NCBI GenBank assembly: GCA_017446585.1
Contig: JAFSQL010000002.1
Coordinates: forward strand, 29,084-93,083
Direction: 5' to 3'
Origin: Paludibacteraceae bacterium
GTDB taxonomy: Bacteria; Bacteroidota; Bacteroidia; Bacteroidales; Paludibacteraceae
Length of the DNA: 64,000 bases
Shown here: positions 46,844 to 55,274 of the stretch, piece by piece
Layout: each line of letters opens with the position of its first letter
How positions within the stretch are numbered: the first letter of the stretch is position 1
Program-made: the position numbers and the translations under genes
The notes under the pieces: model-generated
The model's input: the letters and a program-made list of their open reading frames with translations, nothing else
Databases searched by the model: none
What the model was told of the DNA's origin: nothing

Positions 46844-46926
46844 TTTATAAGCTAAACAACTTATAAACATAATTTATAAGCTAAACAACTTATAAACTGC
46901 ATTTATAAGCCAAACGGCTTATAAAT
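46844..46926. repeat. Three 25-bp palindromic units phased every 29 bp (putative operator array)
   Basis: Units at 46844-46868 and 46873-46897 are identical (TTTATAAGCTAAACAACTTATAAAC). The unit at 46902-46926 is TTTATAAGCCAAACGGCTTATAAAT. Each carries inverted arms TTATAAG(C)...(G)CTTATAA. Confidence 0.85.
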
Positions 46927-46929
46927 TCC

Positions 46930-48063
46930 TCACACTAACTCCCCGCTAAACGCCTTCTTGAGTATGCTTTGCCTGAGTGCCTCGGCTTGTTGCAGTGCGT
47001 TTTCAATGTAGGTTTCGCTTGCCGTTGCCTGCGACAGGCGCGATTCGATTTCCTTTACTATGCGCTGCTGCTCAGCGAGCGGGGGAAGGGGGATTTCGAT
47101 TAAACGAACTTTTTTTATTCCAAAAGCGGCTTGCGTTGTCGCTTTTTTTCCATCAAATAGCTGTTTCTCAACAATATTAGACCTAAATGTATTATACAAA
47201 AATTTTGCGTTTATCTTGTCTGTTGGTTGAATTAATACCACATTTGCCGATAATGCATACTCTTGCGGAAGAATAACATTGACGGGATTTCCAATTGTAC
47301 CGATTTTTCCTATTATAAAGTCACCTTCTTTTATAGAATACCTCTCTTTATGCTCTTTAAGAACATCTTTTGAAACCAGTCTTGCATTTTTTAAATTTAT
47401 GGTATTCGTTATGTAATCACAATCCTTAATGCTGACAAAAGGTATTCCATCTTTTTGTATTTTAGGCGTTCTATGACTTGGCTCTGGATCAATTGCATCC
47501 GCCACATCTCCCAACTTCACCATCTCCCATTTCCCCTCGTCATTATTCAGCCAATGGTTGAGCACGGCCTGCCTGTAGGTTTTGAGTTGTTGCTGTGCGG
47601 TGCGAAGGTGCTGCACGGCCTTGTCGAGTTCGGCGAAAAGGGTTTCTATGCGGGTTTCTATGGCGTGCTGGGTGGCGAGTGGGGGAAGGGGAATTTGCAA
47701 GTCTTCCGCGTTGTTTATAGTAACTTGTGGCTGTGCTGTCCCTGTAACCAACTTGGTTTTATTAGTTGCTTGTAATGTATAATACAAATACTTTTTGTTG
47801 ACCTTATTTTCCTCTTTAGGTGTGATTACCAATGAATTATTCGTAATAAAGCACTGTTTAGGCGAAATGTTGATTTTACCACTATATGCCCCTCGACAAG
47901 AGATTAAGACCTGTTCTTCTTCATATAGAAAAGAATCATAATATCCTATTATTCCATTTGCACCAAATACTGGGAATCCTTTGGGTTTCAAATTTTTTGT
48001 AGGCAATCCTTTCCCATATACGATTCCACAAATTTCGCCTAATTTATATGTTGGGTAATTCAT
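46930..48063 (-). CDS. hsdS: Type I restriction-modification system, specificity subunit S
   Basis: Two target-recognition domains separated by conserved helices (LPPLATQHAIETRIETLFAELDKA...; LPPLAEQQRIVKEIESRLS...LRQSILKKAFSGELV). Confidence 0.9.
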   Translation of the reverse strand: MNYPTYKLGEICGIVYGKGLPTKNLKPKGFPVFGANGIIGYYDSFLYEEEQVLISCRGAYSGKINISPKQCFITNNSLVITPKEENKVNKKYLYYTLQATNKTKLVTGTAQPQVTINNAEDLQIPLPPLATQHAIETRIETLFAELDKAVQHLRTAQQQLKTYRQAVLNHWLNNDEGKWEMVKLGDVADAIDPEPSHRTPKIQKDGIPFVSIKDCDYITNTINLKNARLVSKDVLKEHKERYSIKEGDFIIGKIGTIGNPVNVILPQEYALSANVVLIQPTDKINAKFLYNTFRSNIVEKQLFDGKKATTQAAFGIKKVRLIEIPLPPLAEQQRIVKEIESRLSQATASETYIENALQQAEALRQSILKKAFSGELV

Positions 48064-48653
48064 TTCAAGGTATTATTGTTAATGTCATCTGACAGCATTA
48101 CGTATGTGTTTCCTAAAATAACAAGAATGAAAATAATGAATTGAAAACTCCAATAATAGATAACGCCATTTATAGCATATTTACAGATTGTTCGGATTAT
48201 ATCCCCATATCCACACAAATTAAGTCGTGGAACTTGTGGTGAGAAATATATTACCGCCATTAGGAATATGAGTAATAGAGCCAAAACAATTGTGTATGAT
48301 ATTTGGCGTATTAAAAATTTTGAAAAATTCCTATAACGAATCAGATAGTTTCTTGCTTCTTCATTTTTGTCATCCTTCAATTGTTCTTTTTTTGCATTGT
48401 ACCGTTCTGTTACGATAAATAACAATCCGAAAAACAACCCAGCAAAAATGCTAATGCTGGTTATTAAATACGTGGCTATATCATTAGTTATAAAAATACC
48501 TGCAACAAGTAATAATGCACATACGAGCAATGGCAAGACATACATATAAAGCACGTATGTTTTGCTTTCCTCACGAGCGTTATCATCTTTGTATTTTAAT
48601 GATTCAAACGCCTCCTTTCTGATTTCTAATATTCTTATTTTAGTCCACATCAT
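48060..48653 (-). CDS. Hypothetical four-TM membrane protein (cargo ORF-B)
   Basis: Four hydrophobic segments with a K/E-rich cytoplasmic loop. ATGA overlap with the hsdS start and 14-nt overlap with ORF-A. No recognisable family. Confidence 0.55.
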   Translation of the reverse strand: MMWTKIRILEIRKEAFESLKYKDDNAREESKTYVLYMYVLPLLVCALLLVAGIFITNDIATYLITSISIFAGLFFGLLFIVTERYNAKKEQLKDDKNEEARNYLIRYRNFSKFLIRQISYTIVLALLLIFLMAVIYFSPQVPRLNLCGYGDIIRTICKYAINGVIYYWSFQFIIFILVILGNTYVMLSDDINNNTLK

Positions 48654-49617
48654 TTGGTGTATATCCTATTTCTTTTTTTATCTTCTCTAAGATTGCATCT
48701 GTATGCTCCCTTATTTTCCCATAATCAGGATATTGCTTACCATTTTCTTTCAAACTCTCTGGCAAAATTATATTTGGCAGAATATCAAGATTTCTAGACA
48801 AACGCGCTTGCGATTGCCGTCCTGATTCATCTTTATATGTTGCAATTACATCATAATCATGTCCCTCAGCATTCATCTCAAAAGAAGACAAATCAGCATC
48901 TATTGGCTGATTTTTATCCACCTGTTTCCAAAATTCTTCTATTGGAACATCAAATCCTGAAATTTTTATTTCAACTTTCAATCCTTCAAATGACGCAAAT
49001 AACTGGTTCAATGCACCTCTTGCTTTCTCGCTCATCTTTGTTTTTGATAATATCAAATTTTGGACTATGCTTTTTTTCTTAAATTTTTCCTTATATTCTT
49101 TCGGAACGTACTTCATTTTGTCAACTGAATAGCCATAACCTCTGATAAAAGATTTTATCTTCTGCTCTATCAAAGAAACCACACCAACTTCTGTATAACT
49201 TTGAACCATCAAAACACCATGGTCTAAATCATACGGCATCCATAACTTAAAATAGTATGGTAGTGTAGAAACTTCATCATCCGAAATAGACTTACCAATA
49301 GACTTTGAACTGGAAGATTTATAAACATCTTGCTCTACTCCTGTAAGTCCGCCAACCAACATACCATCTATAATATTCATTTGTGGCATTGAATTAACAG
49401 ATTGAACCGCAATTGCTTTTGTTTCCTCCCTGTTTTTTATAAACTTATCGTTAAAAGACTTTATAAACAGATTATTAAACTTACTAAAGGCTGCGTTTTT
49501 ATCTGTTTCAGAAGTAACGTCTTTCAACATATCTTTATAAGTAACAGGGTCTTTACTTGCTGTTTTCTTAATGACAAATTGATATATTGTCAACTTCAAA
49601 GTGTAACCTTTCTCCAT
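48640..49617 (-). CDS. Hypothetical soluble protein, 325 aa (cargo ORF-A)
   Basis: Long uninterrupted ORF in an AT-rich segment, co-oriented with and overlapping ORF-B. No TM segment, no Walker A, no nuclease or HEPN motif seen by eye. Confidence 0.55.
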   Translation of the reverse strand: MEKGYTLKLTIYQFVIKKTASKDPVTYKDMLKDVTSETDKNAAFSKFNNLFIKSFNDKFIKNREETKAIAVQSVNSMPQMNIIDGMLVGGLTGVEQDVYKSSSSKSIGKSISDDEVSTLPYYFKLWMPYDLDHGVLMVQSYTEVGVVSLIEQKIKSFIRGYGYSVDKMKYVPKEYKEKFKKKSIVQNLILSKTKMSEKARGALNQLFASFEGLKVEIKISGFDVPIEEFWKQVDKNQPIDADLSSFEMNAEGHDYDVIATYKDESGRQSQARLSRNLDILPNIILPESLKENGKQYPDYGKIREHTDAILEKIKKEIGYTPNDVD

Positions 49618-49672
49618 ATTTATATTTTTTGTGCAAACCGTAGTTACGTAAATTCAACAAAATCATTGTTTT

Positions 49673-49703
49673 ATAATTGTGCAACCACTGGTTGCACAAT
49701 TAT
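49673..49703. promoter_or_regulatory. Perfect 14-bp inverted repeat with 3-nt spacer between hsdR and ORF-A
   Basis: ATAATTGTGCAACC-ACT-GGTTGCACAATTAT. A related half-site TTGTGCAAACC lies at 49629-49639. No U-tract follows on either strand. Confidence 0.6.
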
Positions 49704-49727
49704 GTGGATATTTATCTGGTAGTGTAC

Positions 49728-52529
49728 TCATGCTACTAATATTTCATTTAGTTCCTCAATTATCGCCATCATCTCGTTACCAAACAGCTGATACATCTTG
49801 CCTCGTCCGCCTTGGGCGTCGAAAGGGGTGTAGTCCAAATCGTCAATGTCAAGGTGGTAACTGCTCACAATGTGGTCTTTTATCATTCGCAGCCATTCAA
49901 TCTGCTCGGGCGTGAAGCGGTTGCGGTTACCCGTGTGCTGGCGGAACAGCCACGCGTTGAAATTCCGCTCAATGGTGTTGTTGAAGGCCTCAAGACTTTG
50001 GTCAATGCCGCAGGCGTGGCGCACCAACGAAACCAATGCCGTAAGTTCCGTAACAGGGCGGTTGGCTTTCACCTTCTCAATAGCACAATAGGCATCCCAA
50101 ACGTACATCGGTGCTAACATCGGCTTGTCCTGCTTCAGTTTTTCGAGCAACTCCTGCGCCATCTGAAGGGTGAGATTGCGGTGGTTGTAGGGCTGGTTGT
50201 AGAAAATGCTCAACGCCATAATCTCGTCTTTATGCTGTTCCAAATACTCGGTGAAATCGTGCACCGTCTCTTTCGCCTTTTCGAGTGTGAAACTGTTGAA
50301 CTCGCTTTTCAGCACCGTGTCAAGGTTCACGGTGTCTATCTTCTGGTCGTGCAGGTTGCGCACGGTCACAATGTATTCGTTCAACTCGCCGTTGAAGGTG
50401 CTGCTGGCAACATCAGCCAAACGCTGCTGCGCCTTTCTGCGTATCTCATCCTCAATGGCGGGGGTTAGTTCGGTTGGCGGAATCTTTTTCAGTTCTGCCT
50501 GCGCTGCGTCGTCGATTTTGTCAGGGTCGAAAGCCGATAGCAGTTCGGCACTCATCTGCCCCAACGTCTTACCCCGCGACAAGGTTTCTATCTTTTCCTT
50601 CTCTTTTTCGGTAACCTCTTTGTTCAATCGAATCAAGCGATTGGCCAACGAAGTGAACAAATCTTCTTCCGTCACGCCCATAGTGACAGCACCCAACAAA
50701 TCTTTCAGCGGAACGGTGGGCTTGCGTTCCAACGGTCGACTGTCGGTTTTCTTGGTCTGCGTCACGCCCACGGCATCCACAATCACAAAATGCGTTTTGG
50801 TCTGCGCCGTGCGGCTCACCAATTGCAGCGAGTCGGGGTTTATGGTTCGTGTGCCACGGCCCTTCATCTGCTCGAAATAGTTGGCACTGCGCACATCGCG
50901 CATAAAGAGCAGTACTTCGAGCGGCTTCACGTCGGTGCCTGTGGCTATCATATCCACCGTGACGGCAATGCGCGGATAATATTGGTTGCGGAAGCGGTTG
51001 AGCACCGATTTGGGGTCCTCATCAATCTTGTAGGTTACCTTCTTGCAGAAGTCGTTGCCTTCGTCGAACTCCTCACGCACAATCTTGATAATGTCGTCGG
51101 CGTGGCTGTCGGTCTTGGCGAAAATGAGCGTCTTGGGCACTTCGTACTGCCCGCTCTCATCGTAGCGGTTCGGGAAAATCTCCTCCATCAGCGCCTTGCG
51201 GAACTGGCGGATAACGGTGCGTATCTGGCTCGGATTCACCACCGAACGGTCCAAATCGTTCTTTTTATATTCGGTGTCCTCATCCACCTGCTGCCAACGG
51301 GTTTTGCGAGTGGCTTTGTCACGATAGTCGATATGCCATCCCGCCTTGATTAGCCCGCCGTTTTTCGATATTTCCGTTTCAATGGAATAGACATCGTACG
51401 GCACATTCACGCCATCCACCACTGATTGCTCGTAGGTGTATTCGCTCACCACATTTTCGTTGAAGAAGCCGAAGGTGCGCTTGTCGGGCGTGGCGGTCAG
51501 ACCGATAAGGAACGCATCGAAATAGTCGAGCACCTGTTTCCAAAGGTTGTAAATGCTGCGGTGGCACTCATCAATCACCACAAAATCAAACTGCTCAATA
51601 GGCACTTTGGCGGTGTATTCCACAGGAATGGCTTGCTGGTCCTTCAGTCTCTGCTGCAGCCACGACGATTCGTTCGGGTTGTCGGTTTCGGCGGATTCGT
51701 CCAACTCTTCGCCTTTCAGAATCGAATAAAGCCTTTGTATGGTGGAAATGCACACTTGACTATCATTGGCAATGTAACTCGACGAGAGCCGTTGCACATT
51801 GTAGAGTTCGGTGAACTTGCGGTTGTCGTCGTTCGGGCGGAAGTTCATAAATTCCTGTTCCGCCTGTTCGCCCAAATTGCGTGTATCTACAAGAAACAGA
51901 ATACGTTTGGCCTTGGCGAATTTCAGCAGACGGTAAATGAACGTGATAGCAGTGAAAGTCTTGCCCGCACCCGTCGCCATCTGAATCAGCGCCCGCGGGC
52001 GGTTATTGCGGAACGATTCTTCGAGATTCGTCACCGCCTTAATCTGTGCTGGTCGAAGTCCCGTTGTGTCAAGTGCAGGAAAGTCCTGCAAACGGCATCG
52101 AAGGCTCATGCCGTTGCACATCCATTCGGCAAAAGTTTCGGGTCGGTGAAACGCAAACACCACACGGCTGCGGGGTTTGGGGTCGCTGTAGTCGGTGAAG
52201 TGGGTCAACGTGCCTGTTGTTTCATAAACGTAGTTCAGTGGCTCGTTGTTCAGGTATTTCAGCTTGGCATTAGCATACCGCACCGATTGCTCCTCAACCA
52301 CAGTGATATTGACAGCTTCCTCCTCGCGTTTCGCCTCGATAATGCCCATAGGTTTGCGGTTAACAAACAGCACATAGTCGGCGGGTCCAGCATCGGTCTG
52401 ATACTCACGAACCGCCACACCAATTCCCGCCGAAAAGTCTATCTTGCTTTTCGACTGAATCTTCCAACCTGCCTGTTCAAGCAGACTGTCGATTTTATCG
52501 CGTGCTATCTGTTCGGGGTTTTGATTCAT
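49728..52529 (-). CDS. hsdR: Type I restriction-modification system, endonuclease subunit R
   Basis: N-terminal HSDR_N region (ARDKIDSLLEQAGW), helicase motif I MATGAGKT, DEAD-like VIDECH, motif III TATP, and an EcoEI_R_C-like C-terminus. Start set at ATG 52529. Confidence 0.9.
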   Translation of the reverse strand: MNQNPEQIARDKIDSLLEQAGWKIQSKSKIDFSAGIGVAVREYQTDAGPADYVLFVNRKPMGIIEAKREEEAVNITVVEEQSVRYANAKLKYLNNEPLNYVYETTGTLTHFTDYSDPKPRSRVVFAFHRPETFAEWMCNGMSLRCRLQDFPALDTTGLRPAQIKAVTNLEESFRNNRPRALIQMATGAGKTFTAITFIYRLLKFAKAKRILFLVDTRNLGEQAEQEFMNFRPNDDNRKFTELYNVQRLSSSYIANDSQVCISTIQRLYSILKGEELDESAETDNPNESSWLQQRLKDQQAIPVEYTAKVPIEQFDFVVIDECHRSIYNLWKQVLDYFDAFLIGLTATPDKRTFGFFNENVVSEYTYEQSVVDGVNVPYDVYSIETEISKNGGLIKAGWHIDYRDKATRKTRWQQVDEDTEYKKNDLDRSVVNPSQIRTVIRQFRKALMEEIFPNRYDESGQYEVPKTLIFAKTDSHADDIIKIVREEFDEGNDFCKKVTYKIDEDPKSVLNRFRNQYYPRIAVTVDMIATGTDVKPLEVLLFMRDVRSANYFEQMKGRGTRTINPDSLQLVSRTAQTKTHFVIVDAVGVTQTKKTDSRPLERKPTVPLKDLLGAVTMGVTEEDLFTSLANRLIRLNKEVTEKEKEKIETLSRGKTLGQMSAELLSAFDPDKIDDAAQAELKKIPPTELTPAIEDEIRRKAQQRLADVASSTFNGELNEYIVTVRNLHDQKIDTVNLDTVLKSEFNSFTLEKAKETVHDFTEYLEQHKDEIMALSIFYNQPYNHRNLTLQMAQELLEKLKQDKPMLAPMYVWDAYCAIEKVKANRPVTELTALVSLVRHACGIDQSLEAFNNTIERNFNAWLFRQHTGNRNRFTPEQIEWLRMIKDHIVSSYHLDIDDLDYTPFDAQGGRGKMYQLFGNEMMAIIEELNEILVA

Positions 52530-52601
52530 GAACGAAAATTTATTAGCTAATGTGCCATAAATTAATCGCACAGCGAGTACGCTAACGATTGCAACTATAT
52601 G

Positions 52602-52609
52602 CAAATATA
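52602..52609 (-). promoter_or_regulatory. -7 promoter box (TAtaTTTG) upstream of hsdR
   Basis: The reverse complement of caaatata is TATATTTG, about 72 nt upstream of ATG 52529. Confidence 0.4.
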
Positions 52610-52834
52610 TAAATAAAGACCAACCTCAAGGAATAGAAAACTTCATTTATGTAATCTTTCACTTCAGGAGCCTTAGTCAAGCACGTATTCCAATGTGAGG
52701 ACGTTGCCGCCTCCAACTCCTTTTCAGTTTCTGAAAAAGGTGCTTTTGCGGTGATTTAGAGATAAACCATCGATTTACCTTCTTAAACACCATGTAAACA
52801 CCTCCCCATTGACTCTCAAATGACATCCGACCAC

Positions 52835-52876
52835 AAAAAAGAGCCTTCCGCAAGGTCAAGTCCAAGCAAAAGGCTC
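52835..52876 (-). terminator. Putative rho-independent terminator of recQ
   Basis: On the minus strand: GAGCCTT...AAGGCTC, a stem with a large loop, followed by TTTTTTG. It lies 56 nt past the recQ stop. Confidence 0.45.
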
Positions 52877-52931
52877 AAATATCATCACCCACATCAAACC
52901 AAATTCACACGAAATAAAAAGGAGAAAATGG

Positions 52932-55148
52932 TCAGTTGGCGTTTTCGGAGAGGAACTTGACGCGAACGAGTCGAATTTCCTCTTCAGGGTAGCCTTCGGG
53001 ACCGAGTTCCCGAATGGCGTCATCGACATCAGGGGACTCCGCCTCACGGAAGTATTCGTAAATGTCTTCAATGTGGTCTTCATCCATCTCCTCATTGAGG
53101 AAGTAGTTGATGTCAAGGCGCGTTCCGCTGTGAACGATGGATTCGAGTTCATCAAGGAGTTCGAAGAAGTCGAGGTCGTTCATCTCGGCAATGTCGTAGA
53201 GCGAAATCTTTTTGTCAATGCTTTGGATGATAGAGATTTTGCATTTGGACTTGTCGGGCATGGAGCGTACGCGAATGTCTTCGGGACGTTCGATTTCGTT
53301 CTCGACGCAGTAGTTCTTGATGAGATCAAGGAATTCGGGCACGAAGTCACGCTCGACCTTGCCTTCACCAACACCAGGTATGCTTTTGAGTTCTTCCTTG
53401 GTGATGGGATAGATGGAGGTCATAGCTTCGAGCGATGGGTCGCTAAAGATGACGTAAGGGGCGACTTTCTTGCGTGAGGCTACTTTCTTGCGCAAGGTCT
53501 TGAGCATGCTGAAGAGTTGTTCGTCGGTGGCACCGCCACCTCCAGAAGATTTGAGGAAGACTTCGTCGTCGGCGTCTTCGTCTTCTTCGTCGTCTGAATG
53601 GATGTGGACGGAAATTTTGAAGTCGGTAGGTTTTTTGATGTATTTCACGCCAGCATCCGTGATTTTCAGCAGGCCGTAGTTTTCAATGTCCTTGTCAAGG
53701 TATCCCGCCATGAAGGCTTGGTGTACGACGGAGTCAAGGAAGACGGGGTCGGTGTCAGGGAATGTGCCAAAGGATTCAAGTTGCTCGTGGCCGCAATTTT
53801 TCACGTCTTGCGTGGCTTTGCCGACAAGGATGTTGATGATGTGGTCAGCTTTGAATTTGCCTTTGAGCAGGACTACGAGCTCGAGTATGGCGGCAAGTTC
53901 TTCCTTGGCGTCAACGAGTTTTTTTGGCGTGGTGCAATTGTCGCACATGCCGCAGTTGTCCTCGGGGTATTCTTCGCCGAAGTAATGTAGGAGGAATTTG
54001 CGTCGGCAGAGCATGGACTCCGCATAGGACTGCGTTTCGCGCAGGAGTTGTTTGCCGATGTCTTTTTCAGCGACGGGTTTTCCCTCCATGAATTTATCTA
54101 ACTTCTGCAGGTCTTTTTCGCTATAGAAGGCGATGCAACGCCCTTCCTCGCCATCGCGTCCCGCACGTCCGGTTTCCTGATAGTAACCTTCGAGCGATTT
54201 TGGCATATCGTAGTGTATGACAAAGCGCACGTCGGGTTTGTCAATACCCATTCCGAATGCAATGGTGGCAACAATGACATCAACTTCCTCCATGAGGAAT
54301 TTGTCCTGGTTCTGTGAACGCAGTTGAGCGTCCATGCCAGCATGGTAAGGGAGCGCGGAGATGCCGTTGATGCAGAGTGTCTGTGCGAGTTCCTCGACCT
54401 TGCTTCGTGAGAGACAATAGATGATGCCGCTCTTGCCAGAGTTTTGCTTGATGAATTTTATGAGGTCTTTGTCAACATTTTTTGTTTTTGGCCGAACTTC
54501 GTAGAAGAGGTTAGGTCTGTTGAAGGAGGATTTGAATACGGAGGTGATATTGAGTTCAAGGTTTTTGATGATGTCGTGTTGCACTTTTGGCGTCGCGGTG
54601 GCGGTAAGTGCGATGACGGGAGCCTGTCCGATGGCGATGATGTCCTCTCGTATGCGTCGGTATTCAGGTCGGAAGTCATGTCCCCACTCGGAGATGCAGT
54701 GCGCCTCATCAATAGCGTAGAAGGAGATTTTGATGGTTTTGAGGAATTGTATGTTCTCTTCTTTGCTTAATGATTCAGGAGCGACGTAAAGCAGTTTGGT
54801 TTTTCCTGTTTGGACGTCACGTTTAACGGCTTCGATGGCGGACTTGTTGAGCGAGGAGTTAATGAAGTGCGCCACGTTGTCGGTGGAGGAGAAGTTGCGC
54901 ATCGCGTCAACTTGGTTCTTCATGAGGGCGATGAGCGGCGAGACGACGATGGCGGTTCCTTCCATGAGGAGGGATGGCAGTTGGTAGCAAAGGGATTTGC
55001 CACCGCCTGTGGGCATGAGTACAAAGGTGTCGTTGCCGGCAAGCAGATTACGAATGACGGCTTCTTGGTTGCCTTTGAATTGGTCGAAGCCGAAGAATTT
55101 TTTCAACGGTGTGATGAGGTCCACGTTCGTTTGTTTTCTGTTTGACAT
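52932..55148 (-). CDS. recQ: ATP-dependent DNA helicase RecQ
   Basis: FGFDQFKGNQEAV, MPTGGGKSLCYQLP, DEAHCISEWGHDFRPEY, RQC zinc motif CRRKFLLHYFGE...CGMCDNC, and a C-terminal HRDC. Confidence 0.95.
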   Translation of the reverse strand: MSNRKQTNVDLITPLKKFFGFDQFKGNQEAVIRNLLAGNDTFVLMPTGGGKSLCYQLPSLLMEGTAIVVSPLIALMKNQVDAMRNFSSTDNVAHFINSSLNKSAIEAVKRDVQTGKTKLLYVAPESLSKEENIQFLKTIKISFYAIDEAHCISEWGHDFRPEYRRIREDIIAIGQAPVIALTATATPKVQHDIIKNLELNITSVFKSSFNRPNLFYEVRPKTKNVDKDLIKFIKQNSGKSGIIYCLSRSKVEELAQTLCINGISALPYHAGMDAQLRSQNQDKFLMEEVDVIVATIAFGMGIDKPDVRFVIHYDMPKSLEGYYQETGRAGRDGEEGRCIAFYSEKDLQKLDKFMEGKPVAEKDIGKQLLRETQSYAESMLCRRKFLLHYFGEEYPEDNCGMCDNCTTPKKLVDAKEELAAILELVVLLKGKFKADHIINILVGKATQDVKNCGHEQLESFGTFPDTDPVFLDSVVHQAFMAGYLDKDIENYGLLKITDAGVKYIKKPTDFKISVHIHSDDEEDEDADDEVFLKSSGGGGATDEQLFSMLKTLRKKVASRKKVAPYVIFSDPSLEAMTSIYPITKEELKSIPGVGEGKVERDFVPEFLDLIKNYCVENEIERPEDIRVRSMPDKSKCKISIIQSIDKKISLYDIAEMNDLDFFELLDELESIVHSGTRLDINYFLNEEMDEDHIEDIYEYFREAESPDVDDAIRELGPEGYPEEEIRLVRVKFLSENAN

Positions 55149-55274
55149 GAGTCAAAAACTAAGTCTTAATGTTTCGCTAAGTTATGGTTTTTTTGTCATA
55201 CGAGCAAAAAAAGGTGTTTTTTCACAAAGAAAAATCACCTTTTTTATTGTAGGGGGGAGGGTGTCCTCCGCCGT

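Noticed and set aside
46930-48063. Phase-variable (shufflon-type) hsdS
   Set aside because: There is only one hsdS copy. No inverted partial hsdS pseudogenes and no adjacent recombinase are present in the window.
51426-52550. 374-aa plus-strand ORF
   Set aside because: Antisense to hsdR, whose helicase motifs are unambiguous. Shadow ORF.
52677-52865. 62-aa minus-strand ORF in the hsdR-recQ spacer
   Set aside because: Short and basic, with no start context. It overlaps the putative recQ terminator hairpin. Most likely non-coding.
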